From NCBI GenBank assembly GCA_041687095.1, contig JAWLCQ010000002.1, forward strand, positions 28,671-92,670: a DNA stretch of 64,000 nucleotides, read 5' to 3'. The position numbers and the translations under genes were made by a program. The notes beneath the pieces are model-generated. The model was not told the DNA's origin, searched no databases, and saw nothing but the letters and a program-made list of their open reading frames with translations. This document shows positions 15,607 through 25,629 of the stretch, in pieces (the stretch's first letter is position 1; each line of letters opens with the position of its first letter). The stretch comes from Phycisphaerae bacterium. Lineage in GTDB: Bacteria > Planctomycetota > Phycisphaerae > SM23-33.

Positions 15607-18600
15607 GTGTCCGAACGCTTCGACACCATCTGCCGCAATGAGCGCCTCGTCGAGGCGGGCAGACGTGTTGCGCGCGGTGAGGGCGTGGTGCTCACGGGGC
15701 TGTGGGGGTCGGCGGGGGCGATGGTGGCGGCGGCGATGGGGCGCATCACGAAGCGCACCATGCTGCTCGTCGTCCCCCACCTCGACGACGCCGACGAAGC
15801 CGCCGACGACATCGAGGTCCTCACGGGCAGGGCGGCGGAGCAGTTCCCGGCGTGGGAGGTGGACCTGGGGACCGAGCACATCAACGACGAGGTCGCCGGG
15901 GAGCGCGTCCGCATCTGCACGCTGCTGAGCGGACCGCCCGAGCCGCGCTCGGAGGGCACGAGCGTCCTGGTGGCCCCGGTGATGGCGCTGCTGCAGCCGG
16001 TCCCGTCTCTCCAGGCCCTGGAGGAGGGCCGGCTGACACTTCATCGCGGGATGGAACTGGGCATCGAGGCGCTGACGGGGTGGCTGGTCGACGCGGGTTA
16101 CGAGCATGTCGAGCAGGTGGACCAGCAGGGAGAATTCGCCCAGCGCGGGGGGATCGTGGACGTGTTCCCCCCCGGGGTGTCGGCCGCGGTGCGGGTGGAG
16201 TTCTTCGGGGACGAGATCGACAGCGTCCGCCGCTTCGACCTCGACACGCAGCGCTCCAGCGAGGAACTCGAGCGGTACGACCTCACGGGCGTCCTGGTGG
16301 GGCGGGAGCACGGGAGCGGGCGGACGACGATGTTCCTGGACTACCTGCCCCCCGACACGCTGGTCTGCCTCCAGCACCCGCAGGAGACGATGGACCTCGC
16401 CCGCACCCTCGCCGCCCGCATCCGCGACGTCTCGTCGGCCCTGCCCGCCCGCGAACTGCTCGAACCCGACGAGGTCTTCCTTCGCCTGGCGAGCTTCGCG
16501 CAGGTGGAGCTGCACACCTTCCCGCCCGCCGACGCCCGCGACGCGGTGAACCTGGGCGTGCGCTCCATCGAGCGCCTCAGCGTCAACACCCGCGAGGCCC
16601 TCGACGAACTCCAGCAACTCGCCCACGCCGCCGCCATCACCGTCTTCTGCGAAAACCCCGCCGAACGCCACCGCTTCCACGAGGTCCTCGAAACCTCCCA
16701 CCCCAAGCTCGCCTCCCGCGTCGTCGAGGAGATCGGCCACCTGCACCAGGGCTTCTACTGGCCGACGGAGCAGTGGGCGGCCGTCGGGTCCCACGAGATC
16801 CTCCACCGCTACGCCAAGGTCCGCCGCATCCGCCGCGTCCGCACGGGCCGGCCCATCGAGAGCATGCTGGACCTGCAGGCGTCGGATTACGTGGTGCACG
16901 TGGCGCACGGGATCGCGAAGTTCGAGGGCCTCCGCAAGCTCGACCGCGAGGGCAAGAGCGAGGAGTACCTCACCCTCCAATTCGCCGACAGCGCCCGCCT
17001 GCACGTGCCCGTCTCGCAGATCCACCTGGTGCAGAAGTACGTGGGCTCCCGGGGCAAGCGGCCGACGCTGAGCAAGCTGGGGGGCGCGATGTGGTCCCGG
17101 CAGAAGGAGCGCGTCGCCTCCGCCGTCCACGACCTCGCCGCCGAGATGCTCCGTATCCAGGCGATGCGCTGGGCGAGCCCCGGAACCGCCTACCCCCGCG
17201 CCACCGAGTGGTCCCGGCAGTTCGAGGACGAGTTCCTCTACACCGAGACCGAGGACCAGCTCACCTCCATGGAGCAGATCACCGAGGACCTCGCGACGAT
17301 GCGGCCCATGGACCGCCTGCTGTGCGGGGACGTGGGGTACGGCAAGACCGAGCTGGCGATGCGGGCGGCGTTTCGGGTGGTGGAGGGGGGCAAGCAGGTG
17401 GCGGTGCTCGTGCCCACCACCGTCCTCGCCGCCCAGCACCTCCGCACCTTCCGCGAACGCTTCGCCGAGTACCCCTTCGCCATCGACGTGCTCGCCCGCT
17501 TCCGCACCGACCGCGAGCAGGCGGGCATCATCGAGCGCGCCCGCGAGGGCGGGGTGGACATCCTCATCGGCACGCACCGCCTCCTGAGCAAGGATGTGCA
17601 CTTCAAGGACCTGGGGCTGGTGGTCATCGACGAGGAGCAGCGGTTCGGGGTCGAGCACAAGGAGCGGTTCAAACGCATGCGGGCCGAGGTCGAGGTCCTG
17701 ACCATGACCGCCACCCCCATCCCCCGGACGCTGCACATGGCCCTGCTGGGCCTGCGGGACATCAGCGCCCTGACCACGCCCCCCCTCGACCGCCGCGCCA
17801 TCCACACCGAGGTGACCCACCTGGACGAGGACCTCCTCCGCGCCATCCTCCTCCGCGAACTCAACCGCGAGGGGCAGGCGTTCTTCGTCCACAACCGCGT
17901 GATGGACATCCAGTCCCTCGCCGACCGCCTCCGCGCCCTCGTGCCCGAGGCCCGCATCGACGTCGGCCATGGCCAGATGGCCGAGGGCGAACTCGAGGAC
18001 GTCATGCTCCGCTTCCTCCAGCGCCAGACCGACGTGCTGGTGTGCACCACGATCATCGAGAGCGGCCTGGACATCCCGACGGCCAACACCATGATCGTCC
18101 ACAACGCCGACCGCTTCGGCCTGTCGGAGCTGCACCAACTCCGCGGGCGCGTCGGGCGCAGCGATCGCCGGGCCTTCTGCTACCTCCTGCTGCCCGAGGA
18201 CCGCTCCATGAACGCCACCGCCGCCAAGCGCCTCAAGGCCATCGAGGAGTTCTCCGACCTGGGGGCGGGGTTCCAGATCGCCATGCGCGACCTGGAGATC
18301 CGCGGGGCGGGCAACATCCTGGGGGCCGAGCAGTCCGGGCACATCGCGACGGTGGGCTACGAACTGTACTGCCAGCTCCTGGAACGCAGCGTCCACGAAC
18401 TCCGCGGGGAAACGCCGCCGATGCGGATCGACGTGCACGCCGAACTCGGCATTAGCAGCTACATCCCCCGCACCTATATCCCCTCCGATCGCCAGCGGAT
18501 GGAGATCTACCGCCGCATGACCCAGTGCACCACCAGCGAGGACCTCGAACAGCTCGCCGCCGACCTCGACGACGCCTACGGGACGCTCCCGAGCGAGGTC

Positions 18601-18861
18601 CGCGTGCTCCTGGACGTCGCGGAGATCCGCGTGCACCTGGCGCACCTGGGCGTGCGGTCCGTCATCCGCATGGACCCGGACCTCGTGTTCGCTGTCGAGA
18701 AGGGCTCGCCCGTCGCGGATGCGTTCGACGGAGCGGCCGGAACCGTGCGGTGGCCGGACGACACGACCATGCACTGGCGGCCGCCCAGGGCATACCTGGA
18801 GGACCACACGCTCGTGACGGTCCTGTTGAAACGGTTGAGAGACCACGCGGAGGCGGTATAA
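15607..18861 (+). CDS. mfd: Transcription-repair coupling factor
   Basis: GEFAQRGGIVDVF, RVEFFGDEIDSVRRFD, DYVVHVAHGIAKF, MDRLLCGDVGYGKTE, VIDEEQRFGV, QLRGRVGRS, RDLEIRGAGNILG. GTG start proposed. Confidence 0.97.
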   Translation: MSERFDTICRNERLVEAGRRVARGEGVVLTGLWGSAGAMVAAAMGRITKRTMLLVVPHLDDADEAADDIEVLTGRAAEQFPAWEVDLGTEHINDEVAGERVRICTLLSGPPEPRSEGTSVLVAPVMALLQPVPSLQALEEGRLTLHRGMELGIEALTGWLVDAGYEHVEQVDQQGEFAQRGGIVDVFPPGVSAAVRVEFFGDEIDSVRRFDLDTQRSSEELERYDLTGVLVGREHGSGRTTMFLDYLPPDTLVCLQHPQETMDLARTLAARIRDVSSALPARELLEPDEVFLRLASFAQVELHTFPPADARDAVNLGVRSIERLSVNTREALDELQQLAHAAAITVFCENPAERHRFHEVLETSHPKLASRVVEEIGHLHQGFYWPTEQWAAVGSHEILHRYAKVRRIRRVRTGRPIESMLDLQASDYVVHVAHGIAKFEGLRKLDREGKSEEYLTLQFADSARLHVPVSQIHLVQKYVGSRGKRPTLSKLGGAMWSRQKERVASAVHDLAAEMLRIQAMRWASPGTAYPRATEWSRQFEDEFLYTETEDQLTSMEQITEDLATMRPMDRLLCGDVGYGKTELAMRAAFRVVEGGKQVAVLVPTTVLAAQHLRTFRERFAEYPFAIDVLARFRTDREQAGIIERAREGGVDILIGTHRLLSKDVHFKDLGLVVIDEEQRFGVEHKERFKRMRAEVEVLTMTATPIPRTLHMALLGLRDISALTTPPLDRRAIHTEVTHLDEDLLRAILLRELNREGQAFFVHNRVMDIQSLADRLRALVPEARIDVGHGQMAEGELEDVMLRFLQRQTDVLVCTTIIESGLDIPTANTMIVHNADRFGLSELHQLRGRVGRSDRRAFCYLLLPEDRSMNATAAKRLKAIEEFSDLGAGFQIAMRDLEIRGAGNILGAEQSGHIATVGYELYCQLLERSVHELRGETPPMRIDVHAELGISSYIPRTYIPSDRQRMEIYRRMTQCTTSEDLEQLAADLDDAYGTLPSEVRVLLDVAEIRVHLAHLGVRSVIRMDPDLVFAVEKGSPVADAFDGAAGTVRWPDDTTMHWRPPRAYLEDHTLVTVLLKRLRDHAEAV

Positions 18862-18862
18862 T
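18835..18862 (+). promoter_or_regulatory. Sigma70-like internal promoter TTGAGA-N16-TATAAT overlapping the mfd stop
   Basis: Perfect -10 ends 7 nt before the GTG of the PPIase gene. Confidence 0.5.
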
Positions 18863-18869
18863 CATCGCT

Positions 18870-20240
18870 GTGAAAAACCTCCTGCTGATCATCGTTCTGT
18901 GCGGCCTGCAGGCAGGCTGCTCGTGGGTCAAGGACCGTTGGCCGTGGCGCGAGGAGCAGGTGCCGGTGACCGCTCCGGCCGTCGAGGCCCCTCCCGAGCC
19001 CGAGTCTCCCTCCTCGCCCCCTCTCGCCGCCGCGCCCCTCCCGGGAACGCAGGGCGACACCGCCTCCCGCCCGCCGCGCAGCCCCCTGGCGGCGGGGGAT
19101 CCGAACGCGGTCCTGGCGACGCAGGCGCTGGGGAGCGGTGCGGCGCCCGTTTCGCCCCCGGACGGCTCGGGGGCAGGTGTGCCGACGGCGCCCGTCGGGG
19201 TTCCGGCCCCCGCGCCCGCCCCGGCCGAGCCCGATCCCAACGCCCAGATCGTCGCCGCCCAAGGCCTTATGATCAATGACCGCTTCGTGTCGGTGGAGGA
19301 CATGGTCCGCGCGGTCGCCCCGCTGCTGGCGGCCATCCCCGCTGACGTGAGCGAAGCGGAGTTCCGCGTCCGCGCCGCCGAGATCCTCCAGCAGGAGGTG
19401 CAGCGGCAGGTGGACCTGGGCCTCGTCCTCCCCGAGGCCAAGACCCACCTCACCGACCAGCACATCGCCTTCATCGACGCCCAGGTCATCGAGCGCCAGC
19501 GGATGCTGATCGCCGGGTTCGACGGGTCCCGCAAGGCCACCGAGGACCACTACCGCGCCCAGGGCACCACCTTTGCGGACGTCCTGCGGCAGTACCGCGA
19601 CTACATGACGGTGCAGATCTACCTCCGTACCGTCTTCGAGCCCGCCGTCTCCGTCAACCGCCGCATGCTCTGGAACTACTACCAGGAGCACCTGCAGGAC
19701 AAGTACAGCACACCCCGGACCGTGCAGATGCAGATCATCGAGGCCCCGCTGTCCGAGCACCTCAAGGGGTCCCGCCCGACGGAGGACCAGCGCAGTGAGG
19801 CCCGCGCGAAGGCCCGGGCGAAGATCGACGAGGCCCGGGCGGCGCTGAAGGCGGGCAAGGATTTCGGGGACGTCGCCAAGCAGTACTCCGCGGGCCCCTT
19901 CGCCGCCGAAGGCGGGCTCTGGCCAGCCCTGCCGGCGGGGTCCTTCCGCGAGGCCGCCGTCGAGCAGGCCGCCTTCGCCCTCGAACCCGGGGAGCACAGC
20001 GAGATCATCGAGACCGAAAGCGGGTTCTTCCTTGTCCGCGCCGCTAAGGTCACCCCCGGCGAAACCACCCGCTTCGAGGACGCCCAGGCCGACATCGAGA
20101 AGGAACTCCGCGAGCAGCAGTACCGCCGGCTCCGCACGCAGTTCTACGAACGCCTCTTCCAACGCGCCCGCCTCCAGCAGCCCCGCCAACTCGTCGAGCA
20201 GGGCGTCGAGAGGGCGGTGCAGAAGTACCGCGGGACGTAG
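18870..20240 (+). CDS. PpiC/SurA-type peptidyl-prolyl isomerase, probable lipoprotein
   Basis: GTG start, signal peptide with lipobox LQAGC, Pro-rich linker, rotamase motifs DFGDVAKQYS, GGLW, EHSEIIETESGFFLV. Confidence 0.8.
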   Translation: MKNLLLIIVLCGLQAGCSWVKDRWPWREEQVPVTAPAVEAPPEPESPSSPPLAAAPLPGTQGDTASRPPRSPLAAGDPNAVLATQALGSGAAPVSPPDGSGAGVPTAPVGVPAPAPAPAEPDPNAQIVAAQGLMINDRFVSVEDMVRAVAPLLAAIPADVSEAEFRVRAAEILQQEVQRQVDLGLVLPEAKTHLTDQHIAFIDAQVIERQRMLIAGFDGSRKATEDHYRAQGTTFADVLRQYRDYMTVQIYLRTVFEPAVSVNRRMLWNYYQEHLQDKYSTPRTVQMQIIEAPLSEHLKGSRPTEDQRSEARAKARAKIDEARAALKAGKDFGDVAKQYSAGPFAAEGGLWPALPAGSFREAAVEQAAFALEPGEHSEIIETESGFFLVRAAKVTPGETTRFEDAQADIEKELREQQYRRLRTQFYERLFQRARLQQPRQLVEQGVERAVQKYRGT

Positions 20241-20479
20241 CGGAAGGCGGGGCGTTCTGGATCAGGAGCGCCAGGGAAGGGTTCCGGGCGCACGGGCGAT
20301 GAGGGATCGCCGGGGCCGACTGGCGCGGGGGCGGGCTGTCCTTGCTCGCGAGGTCACCGGACCGTTCGTGCCGCGCAATACGCCCAGGTAGCTCTCGGGC
20401 GGGTGCCGTGGGTTGCGGAGCACGGCGGAGCAACCACGTCCAACCGACACTGCCTGCGCATTACCTTCTACGCGCGTAG

Positions 20480-21496
20480 CTACTCCGCGCTCCCGTCCCA
20501 CCGGTACTTCTTGACGTGCTCGACGATCTGGGTGGCCAGTTCGACGGCCGCCAGGCCCTCGGCGGCGGTGACGACGGGCGGGGCGCCGTGGACGACGGAG
20601 GCGCGGAAGGCTTCGGCCTGCTTGCGGAGGGGCTCGGAGTTCTCCTCGACGACGAGTTCCTCGACCTTGAGGAGCTTGGCGTAGTCGACGGTCCCGGCGA
20701 GTTCGGCGAGGTCGGAGACGTCCAGGTCCCGCGCCATCTGGATCAGGTCCAGGTTCTGCGCCTTGTTCACCACCAGGCCCACCTTGCGGACGTAGTCCAC
20801 CGAGAGGTACGCCTCCTCGGAGAAGATCCGCATCTTCCGCTCGACCTTGATCGCCAGGCGTGAGGCCGTCACGTTCGCCACGCACCCGTTGTCGAACAAC
20901 AGGCGGGCGTTGCAGATGTCCTCGTGGGGGCCCAGGACGTTGATGCCCACGGCGTGCAGGTCACGGACGCGGCCGCCGGCGAGCTTCAGGATCAGGTCCA
21001 GGTCGTGGATCATCACGTCGAGGACCACGCCCACGTCGGCGGAGCGGAAGGTGAAGGGGCTGATGCGGTGGGCCTCGATGAACTTGGGGCGGATGTCGTA
21101 CTTCTCGAGGGCCAGGACCGCCGGGTTGAACCGCTCGGTGTGGCCCACCTGCACGACCGTGCCGGTCCGGGAGGCGAGGTCGATGAGCTTACGGGCGTCG
21201 GGGACGCTGTTGCTGATGGGCTTTTCGATGAGGACGGGGATGCCGGCCTCGACGAAGGGGGTGGCGGCAGCGACGTGGGCGACGGTGGGGACGGCGATGA
21301 TGGCGGCGTCGACGAGGGGGACGACGTCGCGGGGGTCGCCGAAGGCCTGGCAGTCGCGCTGGCGGGCGACGCTTTGGGCGGTGGCGAGGTTGCTATCGAC
21401 CACGGCGACCAGTTGGGTGTCGTCCATCTCGCTCAGGACGCGGGCGTGCAGCTTGCCCATGCGCCCCGCGCCCACCACCGCCACTCGAAATGCCAT
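20480..21496 (-). CDS. Gfo/Idh/MocA oxidoreductase (possible GnnA-like UDP-GlcNAc 3-dehydrogenase)
   Basis: VAVVGAGRMG, PVLIEKPI, QVGHTERFNPA, FIEAHR, VVLDVMIHDLD, CVANVTASR; last gene of the lpx operon. Confidence 0.85.
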   Translation of the reverse strand: MAFRVAVVGAGRMGKLHARVLSEMDDTQLVAVVDSNLATAQSVARQRDCQAFGDPRDVVPLVDAAIIAVPTVAHVAAATPFVEAGIPVLIEKPISNSVPDARKLIDLASRTGTVVQVGHTERFNPAVLALEKYDIRPKFIEAHRISPFTFRSADVGVVLDVMIHDLDLILKLAGGRVRDLHAVGINVLGPHEDICNARLLFDNGCVANVTASRLAIKVERKMRIFSEEAYLSVDYVRKVGLVVNKAQNLDLIQMARDLDVSDLAELAGTVDYAKLLKVEELVVEENSEPLRKQAEAFRASVVHGAPPVVTAAEGLAAVELATQIVEHVKKYRWDGSAE

Positions 21497-21614
21497 CGTT
21501 GCCTCCTCTGTCCTCTCGGGGTGCCGGCCTTGGGTGCTGCCCGCGACACGCCCAGGCCCCGGGAAAAGGGGGCTTGGGGGGGCACCCCGGTCATGTTCGC
21601 TCGTGCGGAATCTC

Positions 21615-22475
21615 TCAGCCCCAGTACTCGGGGGGCAGGTACTGCTTGGCCTCGGGGGGGATGCGGCCGCGGAACGTCTCGCGGTGCCGCCCGTACACGC
21701 CCTGGAGGGAGCGTTGGCAGAACTCGCAGAGGTTCGAGACCTCGCCCTCGACGCCCATGTTGACGAGTTGCTCGATCTTGGTCTGCAGGGCGGCCTCGTC
21801 GTCGAAGAGTTCGCGGAGGGCGCGGCGGAGTTCGGCCTCCTCGCCCGCGGGCAGGTTCGCCCGGGCGATGCCCGCCTGGTGTACGCCACGCACGCCGGGC
21901 CCGGCGAGGTCCAGGTCCTCGCTGAAGAAGACGGTGTAGGGGGGCACGTCGCGGCGGACGGGCGTCCGCGGGCCCACGCGGGCGAAGCGCCCGACGGTGG
22001 CGAAGTGATGCACGCCCGCCATGTCGCCGATCACCGCCCCCGTCTCCACCCGGATGTGCCCCGCCAGCAGCACGTGCCTCCCCAGGTGCGTGCGGTCGTC
22101 CACGTAGCAGTCGTGGGCCACGTGCGCTCCGTCGAGGAGCAGGTTGTCGTCCCCGACGCGGGTGAGCCAGCCGCCGACGGCCGTGCCGATGTGGGCGGTG
22201 ACGTTGCGCCCAAAGTGGTTGCGGTGGCCGACCTGGAGGAGGGCGGCCTCGCCGGTGTACTTGAGGTCCTGGGGCAGCGCGCCGAAGACGCAGCCCTCCT
22301 CGAGGGTGTTGTCGGACCCGATGGAGGTGTGCCCGGTGATGGAGACGCGGCGGACGAGGCGGGTGCGGGGCCCGATGGTCACGTGGGGCCCGATCACGCA
22401 GTAGGGCCCGACCTCCGCATCGGGGGCGATGCGGGCGGCGGGGTCGATCTCGCGAAGGACGATGACCTCGGGCAT
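21615..22475 (-). CDS. lpxA: Acyl-ACP--UDP-GlcNAc O-acyltransferase with catalytic motifs intact
   Basis: Hexapeptide repeats; PQDLKY, TAHIGT, AHVAHDC, LAGHI, GVHHF, RDVPPY. ATG 22475 overlaps the upstream gene's stop. Confidence 0.88.
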   Translation of the reverse strand: MPEVIVLREIDPAARIAPDAEVGPYCVIGPHVTIGPRTRLVRRVSITGHTSIGSDNTLEEGCVFGALPQDLKYTGEAALLQVGHRNHFGRNVTAHIGTAVGGWLTRVGDDNLLLDGAHVAHDCYVDDRTHLGRHVLLAGHIRVETGAVIGDMAGVHHFATVGRFARVGPRTPVRRDVPPYTVFFSEDLDLAGPGVRGVHQAGIARANLPAGEEAELRRALRELFDDEAALQTKIEQLVNMGVEGEVSNLCEFCQRSLQGVYGRHRETFRGRIPPEAKQYLPPEYWG

Positions 22476-23227
22476 CACGCGCCCCTCTCCGCGCCCTCGA
22501 TCGATTCGAGGAGGCGGCGGATGTGCGGGTTGCCGGGCCTCGTCTCGCGGAGGCGCTTCAGGGCGTCGGGGTCGACCCGCCCGGTGGAGTTGAACAGCTC
22601 GCGGAAGACGTCCTTGAGGATGCGGATGTCGTCGTCGCCGAACCCGCACTTGCGGAGCTTGTGGGTGTTGACCCCGCGAACGCGGAAGGGGCAGCCCTGG
22701 ACCATGGCGAACGGCGGCGTGTCGCGGTCGATGCCGGTGTAGGCGGCGATGAACGTGTAGGTTCCGACGGTGACTCCGGGGTCGACGGTGGAGAACCCGC
22801 TGGTGTGGGTGTAGTCCTGGAGGATGGCCCCGGGTCCGACGTGGGTGACGTTGGCGAGGATGCAGTGGTCGGCGACGATGGCGGAGACGCCCACGGAGCT
22901 GTCGATCATCAGGAGGTTGTCGTTGCCCACGCGGGTGGGCTCCCCGACCCCGCCGTAGACGGTGACGTGCTCGCGGAAGGCGTTGGCGTCGCCGATGCGG
23001 ACGGATCCGTCCTCCCCGCTCGCCCCGGCGATGCCGATGACGGCCATCGGGAACACGTGGTTCCGCTCCCCGAGGACGGTGTCCCCGACGATGGTGACGT
23101 TGTTCTCGATGATGCAGCCCGTCCCGAGGCGGACGCGGGGCCCGATGTAGCTGAAGGGCCCGACGACGACGTCGGCGGCGAGTTGGGCTCCGGGTTCGAC
23201 AATAGCCTGCGGAGAGATACGCGACAT
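22475..23227 (-). CDS. LpxA-like hexapeptide-repeat protein lacking the catalytic His motifs
   Basis: SRISPQAIVEPGAQL, IGDANAFREHVTV, TRVGNDNLLM, RDTPPFAMVQG, GVNTHKLRKCGF; HVAHDC is replaced by SVGVSA. Confidence 0.8.
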   Translation of the reverse strand: MSRISPQAIVEPGAQLAADVVVGPFSYIGPRVRLGTGCIIENNVTIVGDTVLGERNHVFPMAVIGIAGASGEDGSVRIGDANAFREHVTVYGGVGEPTRVGNDNLLMIDSSVGVSAIVADHCILANVTHVGPGAILQDYTHTSGFSTVDPGVTVGTYTFIAAYTGIDRDTPPFAMVQGCPFRVRGVNTHKLRKCGFGDDDIRILKDVFRELFNSTGRVDPDALKRLRETRPGNPHIRRLLESIEGAERGA

Positions 23228-23249
23228 GGAGGCTCCCGAGGGACGAGGG

Positions 23250-24560
23250 TCAGACCGGCTCGTCGTCCACCAGCATGAACTTGATTTCGGCCTCGGCGGC
23301 GAGGTCCTTCCCGACGTAGGCGCAGCACTTGCAGTGCCCGGTCCGCGTGCGGACGTGCAGGGCCTCGGCCTCGAGGATCAACTGGTCCCCGGGCCGCACC
23401 GGCCGGCGCATCTTCACGCGGTCCATGGACAGCAGGACGGCGATCTTGCCCGTGTGCTCCAGCCGCCGCGACAGCAGGATTCCCGACAGTTGCGCCAGGG
23501 CCTCCAGGATCATCACGCCCGGCATGATGGGCTGGCCGGGGTAGTGGCCCTGGAAGAAGGGCTCGTTGATCGAGACGTTCTTGACCCCGACGGCCCGGCG
23601 GTCGCCGTCGATCTCCAGCACGCGGTCCACCATCAGCACCGGGTAGCGGTGCTTGAGGATCCGCATGACCCGGCGGATGTCCATGACGGGCTCGCCCGTC
23701 AGGATGCGTTCCTTGGTTCGCGCGTCGATGGCCTCCTGGAGCTTGCGGACGAGCTGGTGGTTCAGCTCGTGCCCGCTCTTGTAGGCGACGATGCGCCCGC
23801 AGAGGCGGCGGCCCAGCAGGGCGATGTCGCCCACCAGGTCGCACACCTTGTGCCGCGCGTGTTCGTCAGGGAACCGCAGCGGGTCCCCGAGCGGTCCCGT
23901 CTCGCCCATGACGACGATCTCGGAGGGCGTGAGGTGGGCGCCCATCCCGCGGGCCTGGAACTCCTTGGCCTCGGCCTCGAGGAGGAAGGTGCGGGCGGGG
24001 GCGATCCGCGTCGCGAAGTCGTCCTTGCCCAGGCGGAACCCCAGGACCTGCCGCCCGATCGACGGGACCGACCCGTAGTCCAGATCGTACAGGATGTCCA
24101 GGTGGTCGCTGGGGCCCGGGAGGGCGGCGAGCATGGCCTCGCCCTCGCTGACGGCGACGGGGCGGTCGATCACGTGGACCTTCCGCTCGGCCTTTTGCTC
24201 GACGATCCCCGCCTGCTGCAGGGCCTCGACGAACGGCAGGGGCGACCCGTCGGTGGAGGGGGTCTCCTCGGCGGATACCTCGATGGTCAGGTTGTCCAGG
24301 TCCAGCCCCCACACGGCCGCCATCACGTGCTCGATCGTCTCCACCGACACCGTGCCGTTCTTGATGCTGGTGCGGCGGGCGCGTTTGGCGAGGTTGCCGA
24401 TGTGGACCCCGATCCGGACCGGGGTGGGCAGGTCGGAGCGGACGAACGCCACGCCCGCGTCCTCGGGCGCAGGGAGGAACCGCAGGCGGCAGTTCTCGCC
24501 GCCGAAGAGGCCCCGGCCCTGCACGAGAGCAGGCTCACGAATGGTCTTTTGCAGACTCAA
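23250..24560 (-). CDS. lpxC-fabZ: Bifunctional UDP-3-O-acyl-GlcNAc deacetylase / 3-hydroxyacyl-ACP dehydratase
   Basis: LQKTI, TIEHVMAA, APARTF, HKVCDLVGD, KSGHELN; then HRYPVLMVDRV, GVKNVSINEPFFQGHYPGQPIMPGV. Confidence 0.94.
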   Translation of the reverse strand: MSLQKTIREPALVQGRGLFGGENCRLRFLPAPEDAGVAFVRSDLPTPVRIGVHIGNLAKRARRTSIKNGTVSVETIEHVMAAVWGLDLDNLTIEVSAEETPSTDGSPLPFVEALQQAGIVEQKAERKVHVIDRPVAVSEGEAMLAALPGPSDHLDILYDLDYGSVPSIGRQVLGFRLGKDDFATRIAPARTFLLEAEAKEFQARGMGAHLTPSEIVVMGETGPLGDPLRFPDEHARHKVCDLVGDIALLGRRLCGRIVAYKSGHELNHQLVRKLQEAIDARTKERILTGEPVMDIRRVMRILKHRYPVLMVDRVLEIDGDRRAVGVKNVSINEPFFQGHYPGQPIMPGVMILEALAQLSGILLSRRLEHTGKIAVLLSMDRVKMRRPVRPGDQLILEAEALHVRTRTGHCKCCAYVGKDLAAEAEIKFMLVDDEPV

Positions 24561-25590
24561 GCGACTGTACCTTCGCTTCCAGTTCCTTCACCCGCTTGAT
24601 CAGGTCGGGCAGCTTGGGCAGGGCGAGCACCACACGCATCTCGTCCTTCGCCGGCCGCGCCGGGATGCCGCCCATGATCTCGCCCGACGGGACGTCCTGG
24701 GCGATGGCCCCGAAGGCCGTCACCTGTACGCCCGATCCCAACGTGGTGTTGTCCCGGATCCCGGCGTGCCCGCCCAGGACCACGTAGTCCCCGAGCTTGG
24801 CGCTGCCCGCGATGCCCACGAGGCCCGCGATGAGGCAGCCGCGGCCCATCTCGACGTTGTGGGCCACCTGCACCAGGTTGTCGATCTTCGTCCCCGTCCC
24901 CACCCGCGTGACCCCGAACTTCGCACGGTCCACGCAGGCGCAGGCGCCGATCTCCACGTCATCCTCGACCACCACCGTCCCCACGTGGGGGACCTTGTGG
25001 TGCACGCCCCCGCGGGTGTAGTACCCGAACCCGTCCTGGCCGATGACGCTGTTGGCCCCCAGGCGCACGCGGTCGCCCAGGGTGCAGTCGGCCTTGACGA
25101 CGACGCCCTCATGCAGGACGCAGGCGGCCCCGACGCGGACGTTGCGGCCGATCCGCACCCCCGCGCACAGGGCTGTCCCGGGGCCGATGACGGCCCCGGC
25201 GGCGATGCTCACGTGGGGTCCGACCGCCACGCCCTCCCCAAGCTGGGCCTGGTGGTGGACGTCGGCGGTGGAGTGCACGCCCAGGGGCGGGAGGTCCTCG
25301 GGGGGGGCGATCATCGCCAGGAAGCGTGCGAGGCCCTCCTGCACGTCGTCCACGCGGATGAGGGGCATGGGCAGGGCGGCCCCGGCGGGGGGGTGCTTGC
25401 CGACGAGGGCGGCGGCGGCGCGGCTGTGGGGGAGGCGGGCGGCGCGCTTCTCATCGGCGGCGAACGTCAGATCGGTCGGTCCGGCGAGGTCGAGGGCGGC
25501 GATGCCCTCGACGCGAACGGACGGATCGCCCTCGACGCGGCCGGCGAGGGCGGTGGCGATCTCGGCAACAGTGAGTGTGAATTGCGGCAT
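24535..25590 (-). CDS. lpxD: UDP-3-O-(3-hydroxyacyl)glucosamine N-acyltransferase
   Basis: VIGQDGFGY, KVPHVGTVVVEDDVEIGACACVDRAKFG, TKIDNLVQVAHNV, GIAGS. Confidence 0.95.
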   Translation of the reverse strand: MPQFTLTVAEIATALAGRVEGDPSVRVEGIAALDLAGPTDLTFAADEKRAARLPHSRAAAALVGKHPPAGAALPMPLIRVDDVQEGLARFLAMIAPPEDLPPLGVHSTADVHHQAQLGEGVAVGPHVSIAAGAVIGPGTALCAGVRIGRNVRVGAACVLHEGVVVKADCTLGDRVRLGANSVIGQDGFGYYTRGGVHHKVPHVGTVVVEDDVEIGACACVDRAKFGVTRVGTGTKIDNLVQVAHNVEMGRGCLIAGLVGIAGSAKLGDYVVLGGHAGIRDNTTLGSGVQVTAFGAIAQDVPSGEIMGGIPARPAKDEMRVVLALPKLPDLIKRVKELEAKVQSLESAKDHS

Positions 25591-25629
25591 GGCGGGTCTG
25601 GCCACCTCCGGGTGCAAGCGTCCGCGGGG

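Noticed and set aside
23250-24560. LpxC-FabZ fusion as novel
   Set aside because: A known bifunctional architecture, e.g. in Bacteroidota.
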